NCBI GenBank assembly: GCA_048939245.1
Contig: JBHLPR010000064.1
Location: forward strand, 1 to 12,769
DNA length: 12,769 nt
From: Promethearchaeota archaeon
Lineage (GTDB): Archaea > Asgardarchaeota > Hermodarchaeia > Hermodarchaeales > Hermodarchaeaceae
Direction: 5' to 3'
Position 1 is the stretch's first letter. Each line of letters starts with the position of its first letter. A model generated the notes under the pieces. That model was not told where the DNA came from, did not search any database, and saw nothing but the letters and a program-made list of their open reading frames with translations. Position numbers and translations under genes: made by a program. Shown one piece after another: positions 1 to 6,639 of the stretch.

Positions 1-4
1 TGCT

Positions 5-128
5 GGGTGGCGCGGTCATAGAAGCTGGGTCACACCCGGTCTCGTCAGATCCCGGAAGTTAAGCCGGTTTCGTCGCCCTGAGTACTGATATCCGAGAGGT
101 GTCGGGAAAAGTGTGAACTGCGCCACTT
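5..128 (+). rRNA. 5S ribosomal RNA
   Basis: Helix I: 7-15 GTGGCGCGG pairs with 118-126 CTGCGCCAC (9 bp, one G.U). Conserved 5S blocks are present: GGTCATAG (14-21), CCCGGAAGTTAAGCC (51-65) and GAGTACTG (80-87). Length is ~120 nt, G+C-rich, followed by a T-rich tract. Ends are approximate to +/-3 nt. Confidence 0.85.
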
Positions 129-139
129 CTTTTCCTTTT
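127..139 (+). terminator. Oligo-T tract after 5S rRNA (archaeal-type terminator candidate)
   Basis: TTCTTTTCCTTTT lies directly after the 3' strand of 5S helix I. Archaeal RNA polymerase terminates at oligo-T runs (established knowledge). Function here is inferred. Confidence 0.4.
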
Positions 140-230
140 ATTAAATTGAGTGGTAAGGGTTGACTATAAGCAAAGGTTTTTATTTTGCGTTGAAACCGTT
201 CCGACACTAGCCTGTACTATGTGACGCAAG

Positions 231-1331
231 ATGTTGCAATTCATTGATTTCAATTGGGTTTTCCAGATTATTTTTCTGGTCTTTTTCATGTTCATCTACC
301 TGTACGGAACTCGGTTACAGTCGTATATTTGGCAAAGACAAGCAGAAGCGGGTCTGAAGCAACTTGAAGTGTTGGCTACACAGGGTAAGAAAATCGCCTC
401 TAAAGCTTTGAAGGATTTGAAAATCGATGAAAAAACCACGAAATCGACCTTGGACAAATTTTTGGAATTTTTTGTTATCGAACCTGTGAATCTGGATCCA
501 GCTGGTGTATTACACCGATTAGAACACGTTCTTGATGTGCGTACTAAACGGTATGAGGATCATATCGCAAAGATTGCACCAAAAGCATCTCCTGAAAAAC
601 AGGCAAACGCGGAAGCGGTTCTTTCGGGCGCGCAAGCGTTGAATTATGTCTTTCGTGTTGTGCGTCATTTCTATCTTTTAGGCAAAAAGACTAAGAGTAT
701 ATATTACACGATGCAGCTGCAAATGCAGCTTCCAATGATTATTCAAATGGCTAAAGCCTATTTTGATGCAACTCGGGCTTTTGCTGATGGAAAGCCCATT
801 GGTGATGGAATGGGTCCCTTAGCTGTCGCCCATTTTGCACGCGAAATCAAGGCCAACGACCCCGAAGATATCGCCGAGCATACAATTGCGTTTTCTGGTG
901 AATTCGAGGGACGTACTTTATGGTTTGTCCGTGCCAAAGGATATGGTAGCCAAGTCGGAAAACCTGGCGAGGGTATTAAGCGTATTGTTGAAAAGAAAAA
1001 AGGCAAAATTGCTCGAATAATCACAGTGGATGCGGGTCTAAAACTCGAAGGGGAAGATACAGGCCATGTAATTGAGGGAGTCGGAGCCGCGATTGGAGAT
1101 CCTGGACCAGAAAAATTCAAGATGGAAGATTCGGGCGTGAAGTATGAAATCCCCATTGATGCCATAGTGATTAAGGAATCGTTGGAGGACGCATTGGCAC
1201 CGATGAAAAAATCTCTGGTAGATGCTGTTCCTAAAGTCGTAGAAAAAATGAAAGAATATGTCCTCGATTTCACAGAGAAAGGAGACTCGGTGATTATCGC
1301 AGGTATCGGCAATACCATTGGCATCGGGTGA
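231..1331 (+). CDS. DUF1512-like conserved archaeal protein with N-terminal transmembrane helix
   Basis: 366-aa ORF ending in TGA with a hydrophobic N-terminus (FNWVFQIIFLVFFMFIYLY). Size and architecture match my recollection of the archaeal DUF1512 family. The family call is from memory and unverified. The antisense ORF 758-1324 is low-complexity and rejected. Confidence 0.65.
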   Translation: MLQFIDFNWVFQIIFLVFFMFIYLYGTRLQSYIWQRQAEAGLKQLEVLATQGKKIASKALKDLKIDEKTTKSTLDKFLEFFVIEPVNLDPAGVLHRLEHVLDVRTKRYEDHIAKIAPKASPEKQANAEAVLSGAQALNYVFRVVRHFYLLGKKTKSIYYTMQLQMQLPMIIQMAKAYFDATRAFADGKPIGDGMGPLAVAHFAREIKANDPEDIAEHTIAFSGEFEGRTLWFVRAKGYGSQVGKPGEGIKRIVEKKKGKIARIITVDAGLKLEGEDTGHVIEGVGAAIGDPGPEKFKMEDSGVKYEIPIDAIVIKESLEDALAPMKKSLVDAVPKVVEKMKEYVLDFTEKGDSVIIAGIGNTIGIG

Positions 1332-1409
1332 TCGGTGCGTACTGTTCGAATCTTGGGTTGTGCTAAAGCTTTTTCAGCTATATGTTAGAGCAAGAGTGAG
1401 GATTAGGTC

Positions 1410-1901
1410 TTGTCTGAAGCTCCGTATGAATGGGCGGCCATTGGTGGAACCTTCGATCAACTCCATAAGGGACACAAAACGCTTTTGCGCAGGGCATTTG
1501 AGCTGGGTAAAAATGTACTAATTGGACTTACAACTCAAGACATGGTAACACACAAGCCTGATTGGAAGAGCATCGCGAGTTTTGACGACCGCAAACAGGA
1601 GCTAGAAAGATGGCTAACAGCGGAAGGCTATGATGACCGGTATATCATTCGACCACTCCACAACAAATACGGACCAGCCATTACCATGCCTGAACTTGAA
1701 CTGATTGTCGTAAGTGAAGATACATGTCCTGTCGCGAAAGAAATCAATGAAATTCGTCGCGAACACAAGCTGCCCCTTCTGCATATAGCTGTACTGACCA
1801 TGGTCAAAGCAGAAGATCAAATCTCAATCTCCTCAACTCGCATACGGGCTGGGCAAATCGACCGTGATGGTCGAATCATTTACCATGGCGTTCCAAGCTA
1901 A
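1410..1901 (+). CDS. coaD: Phosphopantetheine adenylyltransferase, archaeal type (cytidylyltransferase fold)
   Basis: 163 aa with the nucleotidyltransferase signature GGTFDQLHKGHKTLL near the N-terminus and ISSTRIR near the C-terminus, typical of archaeal PPAT (COG1019-like). TTG start preceded by GAGGAT. Confidence 0.8.
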   Translation: MSEAPYEWAAIGGTFDQLHKGHKTLLRRAFELGKNVLIGLTTQDMVTHKPDWKSIASFDDRKQELERWLTAEGYDDRYIIRPLHNKYGPAITMPELELIVVSEDTCPVAKEINEIRREHKLPLLHIAVLTMVKAEDQISISSTRIRAGQIDRDGRIIYHGVPS

Positions 1902-1941
1902 TAGTGGAAGCGTTTATGAGGCGCCGTTGTTGTTTTGATGT

Positions 1942-2240
1942 TAGCAATGAAAGGATATTCGCCATTATCGAGGACGAATCCGAGGAATTCCTTCTGATGA
2001 GGATTCGTGCAAAATTATGGCAACACTGGAGCAGCGTTGAGGGTAATGCGGCATGTGACAGGCTCCCGCAAGATCTATGACGTGGTGTCAAGAGGTGACT
2101 GTGGGGGCAACCCACGATGTCCACACTTCAACGCGGGGTCGCAAGATGCTCAACATGCCCGGCATATTAAGAGAGGACCTGTCGGAGGAATCAAGGCGTT
2201 CTGCCCACCGGTGATGATGGGGCGTTAGTGTATCGGTCAG
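1942..2240 (+). ncRNA. G+C-rich structured RNA candidate, possibly RNase P RNA (identity unproven, ends approximate)
   Basis: No credible ORF; both 70-80-aa ORFs here are Cys/His/Arg/Gly-rich junk. By hand count 2101-2160 is 37/60 G+C versus 20/60 for CDS segment 2401-2460. Long-range closing helix: 1964-1970 with 2212-2218 (7 bp), 1960-1963 with 2221-2224 (4 bp), 1954-1958 with 2230-2234 (5 bp). Internal hairpins: 1974-1981/2001-2008 (8 perfect bp), 2087-2090/2096-2099, GTGGG-GGCAA-CCCAC at 2101-2115, GCAA-capped stem 2138-2147, and 2159-2164/2180-2185. The GCAA loops favour the plus strand. The order hairpin, GTGGGGGCAACCCACGA, GTCCACA, GCAA hairpin, TTAAGAGAGGACC, CGGAGGAATCAAGGC loosely resembles the RNase P specificity-domain order as I remember it, but no clean GAGGAAAGTCC / ACAGAAnCCGGCTTA pair is present. 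Confidence 0.4.
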
Positions 2241-2285
2241 CAGAGCAGGAGCGACCCATCACTTCTTCAACCCACCAACTTTCAG

Positions 2286-3149
2286 GTGAAAATAATACCC
2301 CGTCGTCACCGCAAAACATATCATCAGTTCCTTCAATCCGCGTTGGGTGAGCAGATTCCTGCAGAGCTCTTACCTCGCCGAATTCGAATATTAGGGCATG
2401 TAGCGATTCTATGGCTAGACCCCAAAATTGTAGATTATAAAGAACAGATTGGAGAAATTACACTGGAGTATAGTCCGAAAATTCAGTCAGTGCTCCGGCG
2501 GACGGAAGCAATTGCTGGACCGTTTCGACAGCCGGGAGTAGAATTAATTGCGGGTTCACCGGAAACGGAGACGGTGTTCAAGGAGAACCAAGTGATTTTC
2601 TGTCTAGATCCAATGAAAGTAATGTTTTCGGTTGGTAACAAAGCCGAACGGCTTCGGATGAGTAAACTCGGCACGAAGGAATTTGTAGTTGATATGTTCG
2701 CCGGTATTGGACAATTATCACTCCCAATGGCTGTTCATGCAAAACCGGCAATTATCCATGCCATTGAATGGAACCCGGATGCATTTTATTATCTGAAAAG
2801 AAATATCGAGGCCAATAAGGTCTCTGAGATTCTAAAGCCCCATTTGGGGGATACTCAACTGATTACGCCTCAACTGGGTCAACGGAAGGCAGATCGCGTT
2901 ATCATGGGTTTAATTCAAGGTACTGACTTGTATCTAAGAGAGGGAATAGAGTGTGTCCGTCCTGGCGGTATGATGCATATTCATGAAATTGGTCCTAAAG
3001 GAGACATGGAGACTGAGCTCTTACACAAATTGGCGACAATGGGCTCATCGATGAAGCGGAATATCGAGTTAGTGGATAGTCGACTTGTGAAAACGTACAA
3101 TCCAAGATACAATCACTTTGTCCTTGATGTTCAAGTAAATGGTTCTTAG
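2286..3149 (+). CDS. Trm5/TYW2-family SAM-dependent tRNA-G37 modification enzyme (Taw2/Trm5a-like, lacks N-terminal D1 domain)
   Basis: 287 aa, GTG start. SAM-binding motif VVDMFAGIGQLSLPMA. DRVIMGL followed by GGMMHIHE, and a C-terminal YNPRYNHFVLDV, resemble the remembered DRI(V)MGY...IHYHE...YAPGVWHVVxD of archaeal Taw2. Which subfamily member (Trm5a/b versus Taw2) is not resolvable by eye. Confidence 0.75.
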   Translation: MKIIPRRHRKTYHQFLQSALGEQIPAELLPRRIRILGHVAILWLDPKIVDYKEQIGEITLEYSPKIQSVLRRTEAIAGPFRQPGVELIAGSPETETVFKENQVIFCLDPMKVMFSVGNKAERLRMSKLGTKEFVVDMFAGIGQLSLPMAVHAKPAIIHAIEWNPDAFYYLKRNIEANKVSEILKPHLGDTQLITPQLGQRKADRVIMGLIQGTDLYLREGIECVRPGGMMHIHEIGPKGDMETELLHKLATMGSSMKRNIELVDSRLVKTYNPRYNHFVLDVQVNGS

Positions 3150-3158
3150 ATCAAGTTG

Positions 3159-4265
3159 TTACCGTGTTATTTGGAACTCGGCAATTTCTTGGTAAATCTT
3201 ATTTGCCTCAGGATTTTTCTCAAAGTATTCCCGTATGGGTTCAAGAAAATCACACAAGGCGTTAGTTGCAGCTTCTTTTAAGTCCAATGGGTGGATACCC
3301 CCAGCCGAATAAAGGGACTCAAGTTCATCAGCACTGGTGATACTTAAGGAACCACCATACTTTTCTGCCCGGTCTATGTGGAGCGTGTAATCTTCTTTGG
3401 CAAAGAGAATATTGCGAATATAAGCAAGAATGGGATTGTTTTCAACATCACCCGCAGGACAGTATGCGTTTTTGATTTTGCGTTTAATCTCCCGTGGGGA
3501 ATCATGAATAAATATTGCATCGCCAGGTTTTGATTTGGACATCTTAATGTCAATAGCAAGATCTTGTGCGGAAAATTCTGTTGCGACATCCATACGGGAT
3601 GTTCCCGTGAGACCAGGAAGAAGTGGCATATGGATGCCAATTGGTTTCCATCCCAGTTTCATCTTGTCAGCTACTTCACGGGCTAGAACGTGTGCTCGAC
3701 GTTGATCCATTCCTGATAGACAGATTTCGTATTTCTGATCGATAATATCTGTGACTTGTAAAAGGGGATAAATGAGCTTAGAAAAGTCGATTGCCGCTTC
3801 TTCTTCTGTGCGACCCATTATATCCGTTGATCGTCGAACTCGTGCGAGGGTGAGATTTTTTGCAACACGCAGTATTTTCTCCCAGTATTCTAATCGTCGC
3901 ATTAAATCCTCAGCAGATATGATATGGACCTTGGTGGTATCTACTTTTAGAGCCACGAAACAGTGACGAAGATATTCGGCACATTGGCGAATTTTTTCTA
4001 TGTTGCCTCCAAATTTGTCGTTAACTTGGGCATGCCAGGTAGCGAGAAGAATTTCCATTCGAACACCTAAATCAACGAGCTGATTGAGCTTCATTACCCA
4101 ACCAATCCAACCAATATGGAAAAGACCACTTGGCTCTACACCTATGTAACCTCGAGGTTTTTCTTGCCGAGTGAAAATCTTCGTCAAATCTTCAATAGTG
4201 AGTACTTCTTGAGTATGCTGAACAATTTTTTCGACACTCGGGGAAAGACTATTCACTGGTAACAC
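3159..4265 (-). CDS. tyrS: Tyrosine--tRNA ligase (class Ic, long crenarchaeal-type form)
   Basis: 368 aa, GTG start. Contains YIGVEPSGLFHIGW (HIGH-motif variant), LATWHAQVNDKFGG, KMSKSKPGDAIFIHDSPREIKRKIKNAYCPAG and HPLDLKEAATNALCDFLEPIR. These are colinear with remembered M. jannaschii and A. pernix TyrRS. TrpRS is less likely. Confidence 0.85.
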   Translation of the reverse strand: MLPVNSLSPSVEKIVQHTQEVLTIEDLTKIFTRQEKPRGYIGVEPSGLFHIGWIGWVMKLNQLVDLGVRMEILLATWHAQVNDKFGGNIEKIRQCAEYLRHCFVALKVDTTKVHIISAEDLMRRLEYWEKILRVAKNLTLARVRRSTDIMGRTEEEAAIDFSKLIYPLLQVTDIIDQKYEICLSGMDQRRAHVLAREVADKMKLGWKPIGIHMPLLPGLTGTSRMDVATEFSAQDLAIDIKMSKSKPGDAIFIHDSPREIKRKIKNAYCPAGDVENNPILAYIRNILFAKEDYTLHIDRAEKYGGSLSITSADELESLYSAGGIHPLDLKEAATNALCDFLEPIREYFEKNPEANKIYQEIAEFQITR

Positions 4266-4294
4266 ATCTTTGTCTTTCGGGCATGTTCTGAGTG

Positions 4295-4302
4295 ATATAA
4301 AA
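4295..4302 (-). promoter_or_regulatory. TATA box candidate for tyrS
   Basis: The minus strand reads TTTTATAT, centred ~33 nt upstream of the tyrS GTG (4265). This spacing fits a short-leader or leaderless archaeal promoter. Inference only. Confidence 0.4.
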
Positions 4303-4386
4303 GTACACCGATATTCGTTACCAGTTAAAAGAGAGTTATTAGGAAATGACCGACTGGTATTTCAACTGATGTGTTAGGCGAATTCT

Positions 4387-4806
4387 ATGTCCCCACAACG
4401 GAAAGCTACGCAATCGAAACAAGAGAGATTAATCGAACGCTTTGAAAAGGGACTTCAGCTATTACGTGATATCTCTAATGATGACGTACCAATAGTGGTG
4501 GAAGGGATTAAGGATATTACTGCATTGCGTGGATTAGGATTAACTGGACCAATTCATGCATTAGCAGGACACAATATCGTGAGTTTAGCTGACGAATTAG
4601 CTGATTCGCGTCGCTTGCTCATTTTGTTTGATTTTGATAGACGAGGGGGGCAGCTTACTCGCCATTTGATTAAGCAGCTCGAAGGCCGAGGAGTGAGCGT
4701 TCTTCATAAAGAACGCCATCAGTTAAGGCGGGCGTTTTGCTGGCGTGTCCGAGTGATAGAAGGTTTGAAACGAATTAATAAATCTCCGAAAGGCGCAAGA
4801 TTTTAA
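4387..4806 (+). CDS. Small Toprim-domain protein (COG1658 / RNase M5-like primase-related family)
   Basis: 139 aa with the Toprim catalytic Glu motif IVVEGIKD and the acidic motif LILFDFDRRGG, and no other domain. Confidence 0.75.
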   Translation: MSPQRKATQSKQERLIERFEKGLQLLRDISNDDVPIVVEGIKDITALRGLGLTGPIHALAGHNIVSLADELADSRRLLILFDFDRRGGQLTRHLIKQLEGRGVSVLHKERHQLRRAFCWRVRVIEGLKRINKSPKGARF

Positions 4807-4943
4807 TGCGGTTTCTTCGTGTGGTCATCTACATCACTCTTACCATATTACCTAATCATAATCACAGATCTTACGGAAATTGCGTGTTCAATATCACACG
4901 CCCACACCAAAATATTACTAATCACTCTTACTAGGTGACGATT

Positions 4944-6249
4944 ATGGGAGCAAATGCAGAAAGTACTGGAACTACTAAATATTGTATTCGTGGAAAAATC
5001 GAAATTGATGGAATAGTTGAAACCCCTGATGTGGTTGGTGCTCTCTTTGGCCAAACTGAGGGCCTACACTTCATGTCAATGATATGAAGGGGTAATCGGT
5101 GAAGATTTGGATCTAAGAGAGTTACAGCAATCAGGGCGAATTGGTCGAATAAAAGTTGAGCTGCACTCTGAAGGTGGAAAATCCCAGGGTACGATCACAA
5201 TTCCTTGTAGCCTTGATAGAACCGAAACGGCAATTCTTGCAGCAGCAATGGAAACCGTCGATCGGGTGGGACCTTGTGCTGCAAAAATCACACTAGAAAA
5301 ATTGGAAGATGTCCGAGAAGAAAAGCGGAAACAAATCATTGATCGTGCAGTCCATTTATTACGAGATTGGGAAGGAGAAATCTCACCTGATTCGCAAGAA
5401 ATGACTGATACAGTTCTCCGTGGAGCCCGTACAGCTGAGATAATTAAGCTTGGGAAAGAAAAACTTCCCGCAGGTCCAGAAATCAAGCAAGCTAAGACCA
5501 TTATAATTGTTGAGGGAAGAGCTGATGTGTTAGCCCTTCTGCGATCTGGTGTTAAGAACGCGGTTGCAGTTGAGGGAACTTCAATCCCTAAGTCTATTTC
5601 AAATATTGCCAAGGATAAAACAGTGATTGCGTTTTTAGATGGAGATCGGGGTGGAGATCTTATTCTGAAAGAACTTTCCCAGGTTATCGACGTTGATTAT
5701 ATTGCACGAGCACCAACGGGGAGAGAAGTCGAAGAATTAACACATAAAGAAGTAACAAAGGCGCTGCGGAACAAAGTTCCAGCTGAGCAAGTCATAGGAA
5801 AAGCCAAACGCCGGACCCCAACTAAAACTCCTGAAAAAACAAAAGCCAAGAAACGTAGTCGCCGGACCCCAACTAAGAAAACGAAGGAAAAACAGCGCAC
5901 TGAGACCACTACAACTCGAAGAAAACCGGTTGAAAAACCAGAACCCAAACCTAAGGATTTGGGTATCCCGAAAACTGTTCTTAGCTCGGCTGAAAAAATA
6001 CAGCAAACTATGATGGCAATTATCATGGATAGCAAATATAAAGAGCTCAAAGAGACACATGTCGGTGAATTAGCGAACGACTTGCAGGAACTTAAGGAGG
6101 CTAATGTGCTCATACTTGATGGAGTTGTGACACAGCGACTAATCGATATTGCTGAAGAACGCGGTGTCGACTTAATAATTGGAGTGCGGGTTGGAAATAT
6201 TGTCAAGAAACCAGCTAAAATGCGTATTCACACATTCGATGAATTGTAA
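4944..6249 (+). CDS. dnaG: Archaeal DnaG (Toprim primase / exosome-associated protein); ORF interrupted by a 28-nt insert at 5068-5095
   Basis: Exon 1 (ATG 4944, GGTGA 5 nt upstream) encodes [41 protein letters not shown], the conserved DnaG N-terminus. Exon 2, in the +1 frame, continues [60 protein letters not shown]. The Toprim motifs IIIVEGRAD and FLDGDRGGD follow. The ORF track's 5107 TTG start is an artefact of the interruption. The joined CDS (4944-5067 plus 5096-6249) is 1278 nt, or 425 aa plus stop. Confidence 0.85.
5068..5095 (+). other. Candidate bulge-helix-bulge (BHB) intron inside the dnaG coding sequence
   Basis: Central helix 5062-5065 GCCT with 5090-5093 GGGT (G.U, C-G, C-G, U.G). 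3-nt bulges at 5066-5068 ACA and 5094-5096 AAT. Inner stem 5069-5074 CTTCAT with 5084-5089 ATGAAG (6 perfect bp) and a 9-nt loop. Cutting after the 2nd nucleotide of each bulge removes 28 nt, shifts the frame by the required +1, and gives CTA C|TC GGT, which reads L-L-G. The outer helix is weak (only G5061:C5097). Confidence 0.55.
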
Positions 6250-6630
6250 ATGTGGAGAAAGCCTGTCAAGTCAGCAATGCTTAAATATCGAACCCCCGCA
6301 TTTTCGCTTCACCCTTATCAACAAAGCGAGCGTGTAGTTGTGGCTGAAACTAACACCAAGCTCATTCGAATCTTACAATTTGTTGGAGTCTTATTCATAT
6401 TTGCAGCTGGATTCCTCATCATTACAAATCTAGTGATAGAATCGGTTCCATGGGACCAAGCGTCAGCAATTCTTTTACTTTCTTATTTACTAATTTGTGG
6501 GCTCTGCTTTGGAATGACCGGATTAATGAGTGAGAACCCGGAACGGACCCCGAAGTTATTAGCTGAATGGATTATTGTTGTTGCAGCGATTCTTATTTGG
6601 GTTGTAGGAGTGTATTCTTTACTTCCTTGA
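6250..6630 (+). CDS. Hypothetical small membrane protein (about 3 predicted TM segments)
   Basis: 126-aa ORF whose ATG directly follows the dnaG stop (TAAATG). Hydrophobic segments: IRILQFVGVLFIFAAGFLIITNLVI, ILLLSYLLICGLCFGMTGL, WIIVVAAILIWVVGVYSLL. No family recognised. Confidence 0.5.
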   Translation: MWRKPVKSAMLKYRTPAFSLHPYQQSERVVVAETNTKLIRILQFVGVLFIFAAGFLIITNLVIESVPWDQASAILLLSYLLICGLCFGMTGLMSENPERTPKLLAEWIIVVAAILIWVVGVYSLLP

Positions 6631-6639
6631 GGGATTTCC

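Noticed and set aside
16-207. 63-aa minus-strand ORF
   Set aside because: It lies antisense across the 5S rRNA gene and its terminator, and its composition is not protein-like.
758-1324. Long antisense ORFs inside real genes (758-1324, 5076-5612, 5697-6206, 5737-6060, 8256-8471, 6732-6980 and others)
   Set aside because: Ser/Pro/Arg-rich low-complexity translations lying opposite strongly supported CDS. These are typical shadow ORFs.
1994-2217. C/D-box sRNA candidates: CTGATGA at 1994-2000 and GTGATGA at 2211-2217
   Set aside because: No CTGA D or D' box lies at the expected 10-60 nt downstream of either C-box-like heptamer. Both sit inside proposed helices of the larger RNA.
1876-2228. ORFs 2007-2228 (+) and 1876-2124 (-) in the coaD/trm5 spacer
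   Set aside because: Cys/His/Arg/Gly/Ser-rich translations with no recognisable motifs in a G+C-rich, helix-forming region. They are better explained as chance ORFs in a structured RNA gene.
3159-4265. HIGH motif reads HIGW, which could suggest a degenerate or inactive TyrRS paralogue
   Set aside because: As far as I recall, crenarchaeal-type TyrRS (for example A. pernix) normally carries AHIGW and ATWHA. KMSKS and the rest of the active-site blocks are intact, so this is treated as the normal subfamily signature.
5082-5088. Programmed +1 frameshift at ATA-TGA-A as the explanation for the dnaG frame break
   Set aside because: Not excluded, but it would insert about 9 non-conserved residues (HFMSMIEGV) into a motif that is contiguous in the DnaG proteins I remember. 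Excision of the 28 nt reproduces the consensus exactly and coincides with a BHB fold.
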